This document shows, one piece after another, positions 1-10,777 of a DNA stretch of 64,000 nucleotides. The notes beneath the pieces were generated by a model. It saw nothing but the letters and a program-made list of their open reading frames with translations, had not been told where the DNA came from and searched no databases. The stretch's first letter is position 1. Every line of letters starts with the position of its first letter. This stretch comes from Macrostomum hystrix (taxonomy: Eukaryota > Animalia > Platyhelminthes), in contig CATNEN010000013.1 of the NCBI GenBank assembly GCA_950097015.1, forward strand, positions 434,001 to 498,000, given 5' to 3'. The position numbers were made by a program, and so were the translations under genes.

Positions 1-238
1 GGTGTCAGGCCTGAACATCAGGGAGGGAGTGGGTGTCAGGCCTGAACATCAGGGAGGGAATGGGTGTCAGGCCTGAACATCAGGGAGGGAATGGGTGTCA
101 GGCCTCAACACCAGGGAGGGAATGGGTGTCAGGCCTCAACACCAGGGAGGGAATGGGTGTCAGGCCTCAACATCAGGGAGGGAGTGGGTGTCAGGCCTGA
201 ACACCAGGGAGGGAATGGGTGTCAGGCCTGAACATCAG
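1..238. repeat. 31-bp tandem minisatellite, about 8 copies, truncated by window start
   Basis: Unit ggtgtcaggcctgaacatcagggagggaatg recurs at 1, 32, 63 and onward. Confidence 0.95.
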
Positions 239-314
239 GGTGTGGAAACTGTTGTTTTGAAGTGACAGCCCAGAAACTAAGCTTGTGGTCTTCTATTGAT
301 CACAGCGCAAGTAT

Positions 315-3300
315 TCAAGCAGATCGAACGCTCAAAGACGGGCTGGTGCCGGGCCTTGGCAGCAGACAGTCGCCGCTGACCGAATCGGCGCTGCCCGGAG
401 TCACCGACACGGCGGCCGCTGCAGCCGCCACCGCTACAGCGGCTTCGCTGTCGGACGCCGGATCGGATGATGAAGCTACGGCGATGCCAGATGCCGAAAC
501 CAAGGGCCGCTCAATCTGAAAGCCCAGGGGACAGACGGACTTGTCGCTGGCTGGCAGTAGGACATTTTCGGATGGCTGACCGGCCAGGAAGCCGAGAAGT
601 TCGCGCAGATTTTGCGCTGTAGCTCGCAGATTCGGAGGTCGCCTGGTGTTTAAACCGGCGTTGCACCACAGGCCGTAGATGTTCAAATTGAGTAGGAAGA
701 CGCCGCGCAGAAAGTAGCTGCGCTCCTTGCCCCTACTGTAGAGCGGGAATTCGCGATCGGCAAAGTTTAGAATGACGTCGTCGCGAACGCGTGATTTCGA
801 GCCGCGACAAATCAGACAGTGACGCTGAGGGGAGTGATGATCGGAATATTTTCACACCGAGAACATCCTGGCTAACTCCTCCGAAGGAGGAATTCCGCTC
901 GGTAAATTTTAATTGCTATCAAACCTTCATGGAACTAACTGAATTCTGTAAACATGTTCTGAACAGCTGAAAATGTAGCGAAGCGGTTGAGGCAAACAAA
1001 TATCATTTCAAATTTTGTATTCGTAGTCCTAGGAGACCCCGGCTGTCCTGTCTACTGAGCGTAAATGGGAATTTTGCTTTGCCCCACTCCCGCGCTAGTG
1101 AAATTTCGGGGTTTGCTTCTAGTCTCCATGTTCAGAGATCATTAAGGGAACCCAACGATGCAATGATTATAAAGCTTTTTATTTATCAATAACCGAAGCC
1201 TTCCAGCCTTACCAGGGGGCAGTCCATAACTGACGCAATCAGCTGGGTGAGCTGGGCAGTCATGCCGAATGCGGCCGCATATTTGGCCTCCTCGGCGCTA
1301 CTGAGCCGGCCCTCTAATCGTTTCGACACCGGCAAGGGCACGTCTGCGATGCTCTCGTCGCCTAGACGAAAAATTGCGGCCAGCTGGTCGAACCAGGCCC
1401 GACGCTGGTCGGCTAGCTGGGCGCGGGCCTGCTGCAGCTCCAGCTGGCCTACGCGCAGGCTGGAACACCCCGACCGGACAGAGTCTGCGGCAGCTTCAGC
1501 GGCGACGCTCACTGCAGAGCGGCCAAGAAGTTTTCGAGTTTGAGTTTGACTAGCAGCGGAGAGATAGACACCGAAAAAAACCAAACAATGGCCGGAACTC
1601 ACGCGCGGCAAGGTTATCTGCTAGCTGGCTGGTCTCCTGACGCAGCGCGGCCAGTCGCTGGCGCCATTCGTCTAGCATAGCGGCCTGGCCGGCCACCTGG
1701 CTGCGTCGCAGTCGTACCAGGGCGCGCATTTCCTCTGCGCGGCGTCGGCCAGCCAGCGGGCGTTCAGCTTCGGCCAGTTGACGCCTGACGGCCAGCTGAT
1801 CGGCTTCCAACTCGACGGAGCGCAGCCCGGCTGCTATGAGGCGGCGCATTCCGGTGAGACTGTAGGAGCTGGAATGCTCTCTGCGACTCCGATTGGGCAG
1901 TACTGCGCCAGCCAATGGGCAGGCGAGCGGGCCGCGATTGGCCAGGAAAGTGACGCCCTTAAGGCGCAAGACCAGTGTGGGTCTAAAAGTACATTGAGAT
2001 TGACGCTGCTAGCTAAAGTTACAGTTTTTGATACACAATGTTAGCAATACTTGCAGGGGGATTATGCGCAAAAAAGCAACATTTGGGAACAGTGGAGGAC
2101 AAAAATCTGCCCATCCCGCAGACCGCTGAGCAAGCACTCACTCAGGTGTGTACAACTGGACTGACTTTCGTGTTCTTTCTCACTGTGCCCCTTGCGGTTT
2201 CGCCCTTAATGGGCGTAAATTTCGGGACTTCAATGATTAAAGCGTTCTTGTTTATCCGCCTAGAAACACATGCAGGGCCGCAGATACAATATTAAAATAG
2301 TTTTTTGCTTCTTAAAAAGCTTTCTAGTAAAATAAATAAATAAATAAATTTACGTTTCACTGGTGCAGGCAGCGGCCATCAGTAACGCTGCCACATCGTC
2401 TTCCCGCTGGGCCGGCCAAGTCAGGCCGTCTGAGTCCAAACGGACGGCGGCTTCGAACCATGGCGAGGCCGCGGAGCGAACAGCCCTACCCGGGCCACGA
2501 TAGAATGCCACAGTGAAGGCGGCCAGGGCGCGGCTCTGCTCTGTTAGGGGCGAGCCAATCAGAGGCAGGCGATCCCATGTGGCCAGGCGGGCTCCCTGGA
2601 GTCCAAGATGACAATCGATGGATAGATAAACATTACACCTAGTCTATTACGGCCAGACGTACAGCTATTCTGCCCAGAGAGGAGGCAATTCTGCCCATTC
2701 AGCTGACTCCTGAGCACACACGCACACTGATACCGTACGCAGGCATACGCTCACACAGGCAGTTTATCATCGTCAGGCAGTGCACTCTTCACTGTGCCAT
2801 GGAGGTTGGCACTCAAGGGTGTAAATTGCACGACAAACCCCCGTGCCTTCTCTCCGCTGCTGCGCCCCAATTTAATGTATTCTTGCAGCGAAATCGAGCT
2901 CAGGGACCTTTGTGCGAGAGGCAAACGCGTTAGACCCATCTGCCACTCACCGCCCTTGCTCAAGGACACAATCTTTTTCTATGCGGCAGGATTTGAACCT
3001 CCGACCTCTCGTTTATAAGTGATATGCTTTTAAAGTGATCCATGAAACTGTTGCTAAACGTGCTTTTGGGTGCGCAAATGTCGCCCCTGGCCTCACCTGC
3101 CGATGGCTGAGCTCAAACTGGCCGTGATCAGACTTATAAAAGTACTCTCCGGGCTGGCTGTCCGGGTGGCGCAGGGTGAAGAACACGGGCTGGCTGCGAA
3201 GGCGAGTGAACTCCAGGCCAGACTCGGCGATCTGCAGGGCCAGGCAGTCCAGATGGCGAATCCGCAGCGAGGCGACAAAGTCGCGCAGGGCCGCCTCTTC

Positions 3301-3441
3301 AACGGCCGCCTCGGCGACACCATTTGTAATTTTATTGCCATCAACAATGCCAGAGCTAAGGTCACTGCTGCTGCTGACAACTGCGGGCATAGTGGGATAA
3401 GTTATAATCGGAGCTGCTTGCGACTGTCTCTTGGGGCCCAT
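315..3441 (-). CDS. UVRAG: UV radiation resistance-associated protein (PI3KC3 complex II subunit), 5 exons: 3441-3097, 2595-2354, 1859-1603, 1511-1213, 824-315; about 550 aa
   Basis: All junctions are GT-AG and phase-compatible (total 1653 nt). Motifs match UVRAG from memory: LRIRHL..VFFTLRH..FYKSD (C2-like region), a coiled coil, AAAFGMTAQLTQLIASVMDCPLRH, and GSKSRVRD..REFPLY..F..GVFLLNLNI. Confidence 0.88.
2681..2955 (-). mobile_element. tRNA-derived SINE family A, in UVRAG intron 1
   Basis: A-box-like tggcagatggg and B-box-like gagctcgatttc; body shared with copies at 26499, 51004, 58520 and 59558. Confidence 0.85.
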
Positions 3442-3582
3442 GGCGTGTCAGAAACGCCATGGAATGCTGGATTCAGCGGCACGGTGCGCGATACAACAGA
3501 AACTGACCGATTGCCGGCAGAGCAGAATAGCGACTGTTGGCTGCGGGTGCGAAATCAACACACAGTAATGCGCGACTGCTTC

Positions 3583-6208
3583 CTGGTGGGGCAGGTCACT
3601 CACTAGTGTACTGGTGGGGCAGGTCACTCACTAGTGTACTGGTGGGGCAGGTCACTCACTAGTGCACTGGTGGGGCAGGTCACTCACTAGTGTACTGGTG
3701 GGGCAGGTCACTCACTAGTGTACTGGTGGGGCAGGTCACTCACTAGTGCACTCACTGGTGGGGCAGGTCACTCACTAGTGCACTCACTGGTGGGGCAGGT
3801 CACTCACTAGTGCACTCACTGGTGGGGCAGGTCACTCACTAGTGCACTCACTGGTGGGGCAGGTCACTCACTAGTGCACTCACTGGTGGGGCAGGTCACT
3901 CACTAGTGCACTCACTGGTGGGGCAGGTCACTCACTAGTGCACTCACTGGTGGGGCAGGTCACTAACTAGTGCACTCACTGGTGGGGCAGGTCACTCACT
4001 AGTGCACTCACTGGTGGGGAAGGTCACTCACTAGTGCACTCACTGGTGGGGCTGTTCACTCACTAGTGTACTGGTGGGGCAGGTCACTCACTAGTGCACT
4101 CACTGGTGGGGCAGGTCACTCACTAGTGTACTGGTGGGGCAGGTCACTCACTAGTGCACTCACTGGTGGGGAAGGTCACTCACTAGTGCACTCACTGGTG
4201 GGGCAGGTCACTCACTAGTGTACTGGTGGGGCAGGTCACTCACTAGTGTACTGGTGGGGCAGGTCACTCACTAGTGTACTGGTGGGGCAGGTCACTCACT
4301 AGTGCACTCACTGGTGGGGCAGGTCACTCACTAGTGTACTGGTGGGGCAGGTCACTCACTAGTGTACTGGTGGGGCAGGTCACTCACTAGTGTACTGGTG
4401 GGGCAGGTCACTCACTAGTGTACTGGTGGGGCAGGTCACTCACTAGTGTACTGGTGGGGCAGGTCACTCACTAGTGTACTGGTGGGGCAGGTCACTCACT
4501 AGTGTACTGGTGGGGCAGGTCACTCACTAGTGCACTGGTGGGGCAGGTCACTCACTAGTGCACTGGTGGGGCAGGTCACTCACTAGTGTACTGGTGGGGC
4601 AGGTCACTCACTAGTGCACTGGTGGGGCAGGTCACTCACTAGTGCACTCACTGGTGGGGCAGGTCACTCACTAGTGCACTCACTGGTGGGGCAGGTCACT
4701 CACTAGTGCACTGGTGGGGCAGGTCACTCACTAGTGTACTGGTGGGGCAGGTCACTCACTAGTGTACTGGTGGGGCAGGTCACTCACTAGTGCACTGGTG
4801 GGGCAGGTCACTCACTAGTGTACTGGTGGGGCAGGTCACTCACTAGTGCACTCACTGGTGGGGCAGGTCACTCACTAGTGCACTGGTGGGGCAGGTCACT
4901 CACTAGTGCACTGGTGGGGCAGGTCACTCACTAGTGCACTGGTGGGGCAGGTCACTCACTAGTGCACTCACTGGTGGGGCAGGTCACTCACTAGTGCACT
5001 GGTGGGGCAGGTCACTCACTAGTGCACTGGTGGGGCAGGTCACTCACTAGTGCACTGGTGGGGCAGGTCACTCACTAGTGCACTGGTGGGGCAGGTCACT
5101 CACTAGTGCACTCACTGGTGGGGCAGGTCACTCACTAGTGCACTCACTGGTGGGGCAGGTCACTCACTAGTGCACTGGTGGGGCAGGTCACTCACTAGTG
5201 CACTCACTGGTGGGGCAGGTCACTCACTAGTGCACTCACTGGTGGGGCAGGTCACTCACTAGTGCACTGGTGGGGCAGGTCACTCACTAGTGCACTGGTG
5301 GGGCAGGTCACTCACTAGTGCACTCACTGGTGGGGCAGGTCACTCACTAGTGCACTCACTGGTGGGGCAGGTCACTCACTAGTGCACTGGTGGGGCAGGT
5401 CACTCACTAGTGCACTCACTGGTGGGGCAGGTCACTCACTAGTGCACTCACTGGTGGGGCAGGTCACTCACTAGTGCACTGGTGGGGCAGGTCACTCACT
5501 AGTGCACTGGTGGGGCAGGTCACTCACTAGTGCACTCACTGGTGGGGCAGGTCACTCACTAGTGCACTGGTGGGGCAGGTCACTCACTAGTGCACTCACT
5601 GGTGGGGCAGGTCACTCACTAGTGCACTGGTGGGGCAGGTCACTCACTAGTGCACTGGTGGGGCAGGTCACTCACTAGTGTACTGGTGGGGCAGGTCACT
5701 CACTAGTGCACTGGTGGGGCAGGTCACTCACTAGTGCACTGGTGGGGCAGGTCACTCACTAGTGCACTGGTGGGGCAGGTCACTCACTAGTGCACTGGTG
5801 GGGCAGGTCACTCACTAGTGCACTCACTGGTGGGGCAGGTCACTCACTAGTGCACTCACTGGTGGGGCAGGTCACTCACTAGTGCACTGGTGGGGCAGGT
5901 CACTCACTAGTGCACTGGTGGGGCAGGTCACTCACTAGTGCACTGGTGGGGCAGGTCACTCACTAGTGCACTCACTGGTGGGGCAGGTCACTCACTAGTG
6001 CACTCACTGGTGGGGCAGGTCACTCACTAGTGCACTCACTGGTGGGGCAGGTCACTCACTAGTGCACTCACTGGTGGGGCAGGTCACTCACTAGTGCACT
6101 GGTGGGGCAGGTCACTCACTAGTGCACTGGTGGGGCAGGTCACTCACTAGTGCACTCACTGGTGGGGCAGGTCACTCACTAGTGCACTGGTGGGGCAGGT
6201 CACTCACT
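3583..6208. repeat. 28/32-bp satellite, about 88 units
   Basis: Unit ctggtggggcaggtcactcactagtg(t/c)a, with or without an extra ctca. Confidence 0.97.
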
Positions 6209-7012
6209 TATTCAAAAGCCACAAATAATATTTGGAGGTTTATAGCTCATAGATTTCAGACTCGCGAAGAAATCTTGAAACTATGAAAAGAAAGAAAACA
6301 AACTCGCATTCTGCATCCTGATGACAAACGAATAGGATTTATACCTGTATATTGAACAGCCATAGCAACATTGGGTTAGGAGAAACAGTAGAAATTTTCT
6401 GAAACTTTGTACACTTTTGAAATTCATTTCTTTTACATAGTGTGAATTGAAAATTAAAATTAACCAATTAGCACATAATTGTGCAGTTAATTATACAGAA
6501 GATAACGCTGCGAATAATCTTATTCATTTAGCTTGCTTGAATTTACTAGTAATCTTGAAAGTTGATTATACATTTTTATACTAGTTAAGCACTGAATAAT
6601 TTGTTTTGATGATTGAATCAAACAAGAGTCACAAACAACACAGGGGCAATCAAAGTTATTTTTTAAACTAAAATTAATGAAAATAGCGATCAACAAGTCT
6701 TGCGGGTGTTAAATATATATTTGTTTTCACCCCTCTGCCAGACAATATTTCAAATACCCCAAATTTACATTTTACTGTACGCTCGTATCTCCCAGAATAT
6801 TCAACCAGTCGCCATGAAAATCCAGAACTTGGCTAAAATTATCCAATGAAACAACTTCCAGAATCACAAAACATCACAAAATTGTCAAGAAATTTCATCG
6901 GTCATTCGGTTTGGGAGCTGGCGTGAAGTAGGCACTGGGTATTTGAATATCCCCGTTGTCTTTCTCCAGGGAGAAAATAGGCTGGTCTCTCTACAGCTAA
7001 ATAATATGAACA

Positions 7013-7237
7013 TTACTTTCCCGTAATCTTGCTAATTGGATCGCGAAGCGAATCGGCCAATTTAGCCGCCTTCAATCGAAGCATGCCCAATGGCACAGAT
7101 GAATTGGCGTACATGCACAGCAGGATGCTACTAACGTAGGCTATGTAAAGACTGCCGTTGGCGCACACCACCGTCATGTCCTGCAGGCCGGCCGGGGCAA
7201 TGGAAGACTGGCTGCCGCTGCCAAGACTGCTGCTAGG

Positions 7238-7268
<31 letters not shown>

Positions 7269-7483
7269 ACAGAGCAGCGTTCCATGGTGTCCCACAGGTT
7301 GGCAGCGATAGCGGCCAGCACGCGAGCATCTGTATCAGCCGTGTAACCGGAGCAGGCCAGGAGAGCGCCATCTGGCGATAGCAGCAGCGAGGATTGGACA
7401 CCGTCGGTGTTGGTCTGGCTCAGTAGCTGCGCTACGGAGCGCGGCTTCAGCGTTATTCCAGTCTGCAATTCATGCGGCTTTAA
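7013..7483 (-). CDS. LAMTOR2: Ragulator subunit LAMTOR2 (p14, roadblock fold), single exon, no genomic in-frame ATG
   Basis: LKPRSVAQLLSQTNTDGVQSSLLLSPDGALLACSGY..DTDARVLAAIAANLW..LLCMYA..V..GML..KA..L closely follows LAMTOR2 ([25 protein letters not shown]..). Confidence 0.93.
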
Positions 7484-7520
7484 CTAGCTATTTGATTTTT
7501 TAATTGGATGGCGAATGATT

Positions 7521-9797
7521 GGACTGGCTTAGCGAAGCCACACCTGTAGGGACTGGCTTAGCGAAGCCACACCTGTAGGGACTGGCTTAGCGAAGCCACA
7601 CCTGTAGGGACTGGCTTAGCGAAGCCACACATGTAGGGACTGGCTTAGCGAAGCCACACCTGTAGGGACTGGCTTAGCGAAGCCACACATGTAGGGACTG
7701 GCTTAGCAAAGCCACACATGTAGGGACTGGCTTAGCGAAGCCACACCTGTAGGGACTGGCTTAGCGAAGCCACACACGTAGGGACTGGCTTAGCGAAGCC
7801 ACACCTGTAGGGACTGGCTTAGCGAAGCCACAAATGTAGGGACTGGCTTAGCGAAGCCACACCTGTAGGGACTGGCTTAGCGAAGCCACACATGTAGGGA
7901 CTGGCTTAGCAAAGCCACACATGTAGGGACTGGCTTAGCGAAGCCACACCTGTAGGGACTGGCTTAGCGAAGCCACACATGTAGGGACTGGCTTAGCAAA
8001 GCCACACATGTAGGGACTGGCTTAGCGAAGCCACACCTGTAGGGACTGGCTTAGCGAAGCCACACCTGTAGGGACTGGCTTAGCGAAGCCACACCTGTAG
8101 GGACTGGCTTAGCGAAGCCACACCTGTAGGGACTGGCTTAGCGAAGCCACACATGTAGGGACTGGCTTAGCGAAGCCACACCTGTAGGGACTGGCTTAGC
8201 GAAGCCACACATGTAGGGACTGGCTTAGCAAAGCCACACATGTAGGGACTGGCTTAGCGAAGCCACACCTGTAGGGACTGGCTTAGCGAAGCCACACATG
8301 TAGGGACTGGCTTAGCAAAGCCACACATGTAGGGACTGGCTTAGCGAAGCCACACCTGTAGGGACTGGCTTAGCGAAGCCACACCTGTAGGGACTGGCTT
8401 AGCGAAGCCACACCTGTAGGGACTGGCTTAGCGAAGCCACACCTGTAGGGACTGGCTTAGCGAAGCCACACCTGTAGGGACTGGCTTAGCGAAGCCACAC
8501 ATGTAGGGACTGGCTTAGCGAAGCCACACATGTAGGGACTTGCTTAGCGAAGCCACACCTGTGGTGACTGGCTTAGCGAAGCCACACCTGTGGGGTCATA
8601 TCTGTGGGGACTAGCTTAGCGAAGCCATACCTGTGGGGACTAGCTTAGCGAAGCCACACCTGTAGGGACTGGCTTAGCGAAGCCACACATGTAGGGACTG
8701 GCTTAGCGAAGCCACACATGTAGGGACTTGCTTAGCGAAGCCACACCTGTGGTGACTGGCTTAGCGAAGCCACACCTGTGGGGTCATATCTGTGGGGACT
8801 AGCTTAGCGAAGCCATACCTGTGGGGACTAGCTTAGCGAAGCCACACCTGTGGGGTCATACCTGTGGGAACTAGCTTAGCGAAGCCACACCTGTGGGGAC
8901 TGGCTTAGTGAGGTCATACCTGTGGGGACTGGCTTAGCGAAGCCACACCTGTAGGGACTTGCTTAGCGAAGCCACACCTGTGGTGACTGGCTTAGCGAAG
9001 CCACACCTGTGGGGTCATATCTGTGGGGACTAGCTTAGCGAAGCCATACCTGTGGGGACTAGCTTAGCGAAGCCACACCTGTGGGGTCATACCTGTGGGA
9101 ACTAGCTTAGCGAAGCCACACCTGTGGGGACTGGCTTAGTGAGGTCATACCTGTGGGGACTGGCTTAGCGAAGCCACACCTGTAGGGACTGGCTTAGCAA
9201 AGCCACACCTGTGGGGACTGGCTTAGCGAAGCCACACCTGTGGGGTCATACCTGTGGGAACTAGCTTAGCGAAGCCACACATGTAGGGACTGGCTTAGCG
9301 AAGCCACACCTGTGGGGTCATATCTGTGGGGACTAGCTTAGCGAAGCCATACCTGTGGGGACTAGCTTAGCGAAGCCACACCTGTGGGGTCATACCTGTG
9401 GGAACTAGCTTAGCGAAGCCACACCTGTGGGGACTGGCTTAGTGAGGTCATACCTGTGGGGACTGGCTTAGCGAAGCCACACCTGTAGGGACTGGCTTAG
9501 CAAAGCCACACCTGTGGGGACTGGCTTAGCGAAGCCACACCTGTGGGGTCATACCTGTGGGAACTAGCTTAGCGAAGCCACACCTGTGGGGACTGGCTTA
9601 GTGAGGTCATACCTGTGGGGACTGGCTTAGCGAAGCCACACCTGTGGGGACTGGCTTAGTGAAGGCACACCTGTGGGGACTGGCTTAGCGAAGCCACACC
9701 TGTGGGGACTGGCTTAGCGAAGCCACACCTGTGGGGACTGGCTTAGCGAAGCCACACCTGTGGACTGGCTTAGTGAAGCCACACCTGTGTGGACTGG
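7521..9797. repeat. 29-bp satellite with internal hairpin; higher-order variants in the distal half
   Basis: Unit gactggcttagcgaagccacacctgtagg; variants containing ggtcatatctgtggg recur after about 8570. Confidence 0.97.
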
Positions 9798-10225
9798 GTT
9801 TGGTACGCATGAAAACAATAGAGAAAATATAGACAAAGACTTTCATATGAATGGGCTAATGTACGAAGCTTACAGAATTTATTTATTAAAAATCGGCTAG
9901 CGCAATAAGAATTTGCAGTCGGAATTGCAATAAAAATATTATTTTTTACATAAAACTATTTGACACAATGAATTGCAAGAAATAATTTACCAATTTTACT
10001 TAGTGAAATGAAGCACCTATAAGCTAAATATAAGAAATCATACACTAAATTTGTGGCACTAAAATTTAGTTTTTGCTGGTATAATAGACTACAATATGCA
10101 AATGCTATAATTGCAATACAAAATTCATAAAACTAAAAATGTCGCTCGCAGTATATCAAACACTTTTTCAGAAAAGCACAAGCAAAGTACAGAAAAAATG
10201 CTATAAAATGCTGCCAATATACAAC

Positions 10226-10777
10226 TCAACGCCTGTCCACACTGAGCGACTCCAGTTGATTAGACAGATTAGACAGATCCTCAGCAATGGACTGCAGGCC
10301 GCATATTAAGCTGCTGGCCCGCTCATTGTACACTTGCAGGGTGTCAGTCAGTTGGGATAATTTCTGACGCGCCGGAGACGGTATTTGCTCAACGTCGGCG
10401 AACAGGTTGATGTTCAAGTTTACCTGCTGCTGCTGCTTCCCCGGCTGCGATGGAGGCGGAAGCTGCAGTCGAGGAGACGAAACTGACGGCGGATCAAGTC
10501 GCAGGTTTTCATTCTCTGTTGGCCTGCTTGATTTCGCGCGATTCGGAGCCTGTATGAGCTGTTTAGACTGTTGCTTCTGGCCAGTGGCAGCGGTTCGAAT
10601 CGGCGGCTGCGGCTCCTTCGAGGCTGTCGCAGTGACGGCGGCGCGAGTTCGATTAGCAACAACGGAGGCGGGAACTGGCAGCCGGGACTGTCTCCAGTAG
10701 CGGTGGCCCGCACTGGCAGTAACTGGCGCCTGCTGCTGCTGCAGGGTAGGCCGCGTGCTGCCCGATTTGGTTGCCAT
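10226..10777 (-). CDS. Disordered N-terminus plus C-terminal coiled-coil protein, possibly BLOC-1 subunit 3-like (about 183 aa)
   Basis: GC-rich single-exon ORF with ATG at 10777, preceded by a strong pyrimidine tract and AG. The C-terminal heptads NLNINLF..ARQKLSQLTDTL..LQSIAEDLSNLSNQLESL resemble the BLOS3 architecture; that assignment is from memory only. Confidence 0.6.
   Translation of the reverse strand: MATKSGSTRPTLQQQQAPVTASAGHRYWRQSRLPVPASVVANRTRAAVTATASKEPQPPIRTAATGQKQQSKQLIQAPNRAKSSRPTENENLRLDPPSVSSPRLQLPPPSQPGKQQQQVNLNINLFADVEQIPSPARQKLSQLTDTLQVYNERASSLICGLQSIAEDLSNLSNQLESLSVDRR

Noticed and set aside
3583-9797. CRISPR-like arrays (28-32-bp repeats with hairpins)
   Set aside because: Units are contiguous with no unique spacers, there are no cas genes, and the context is eukaryotic.
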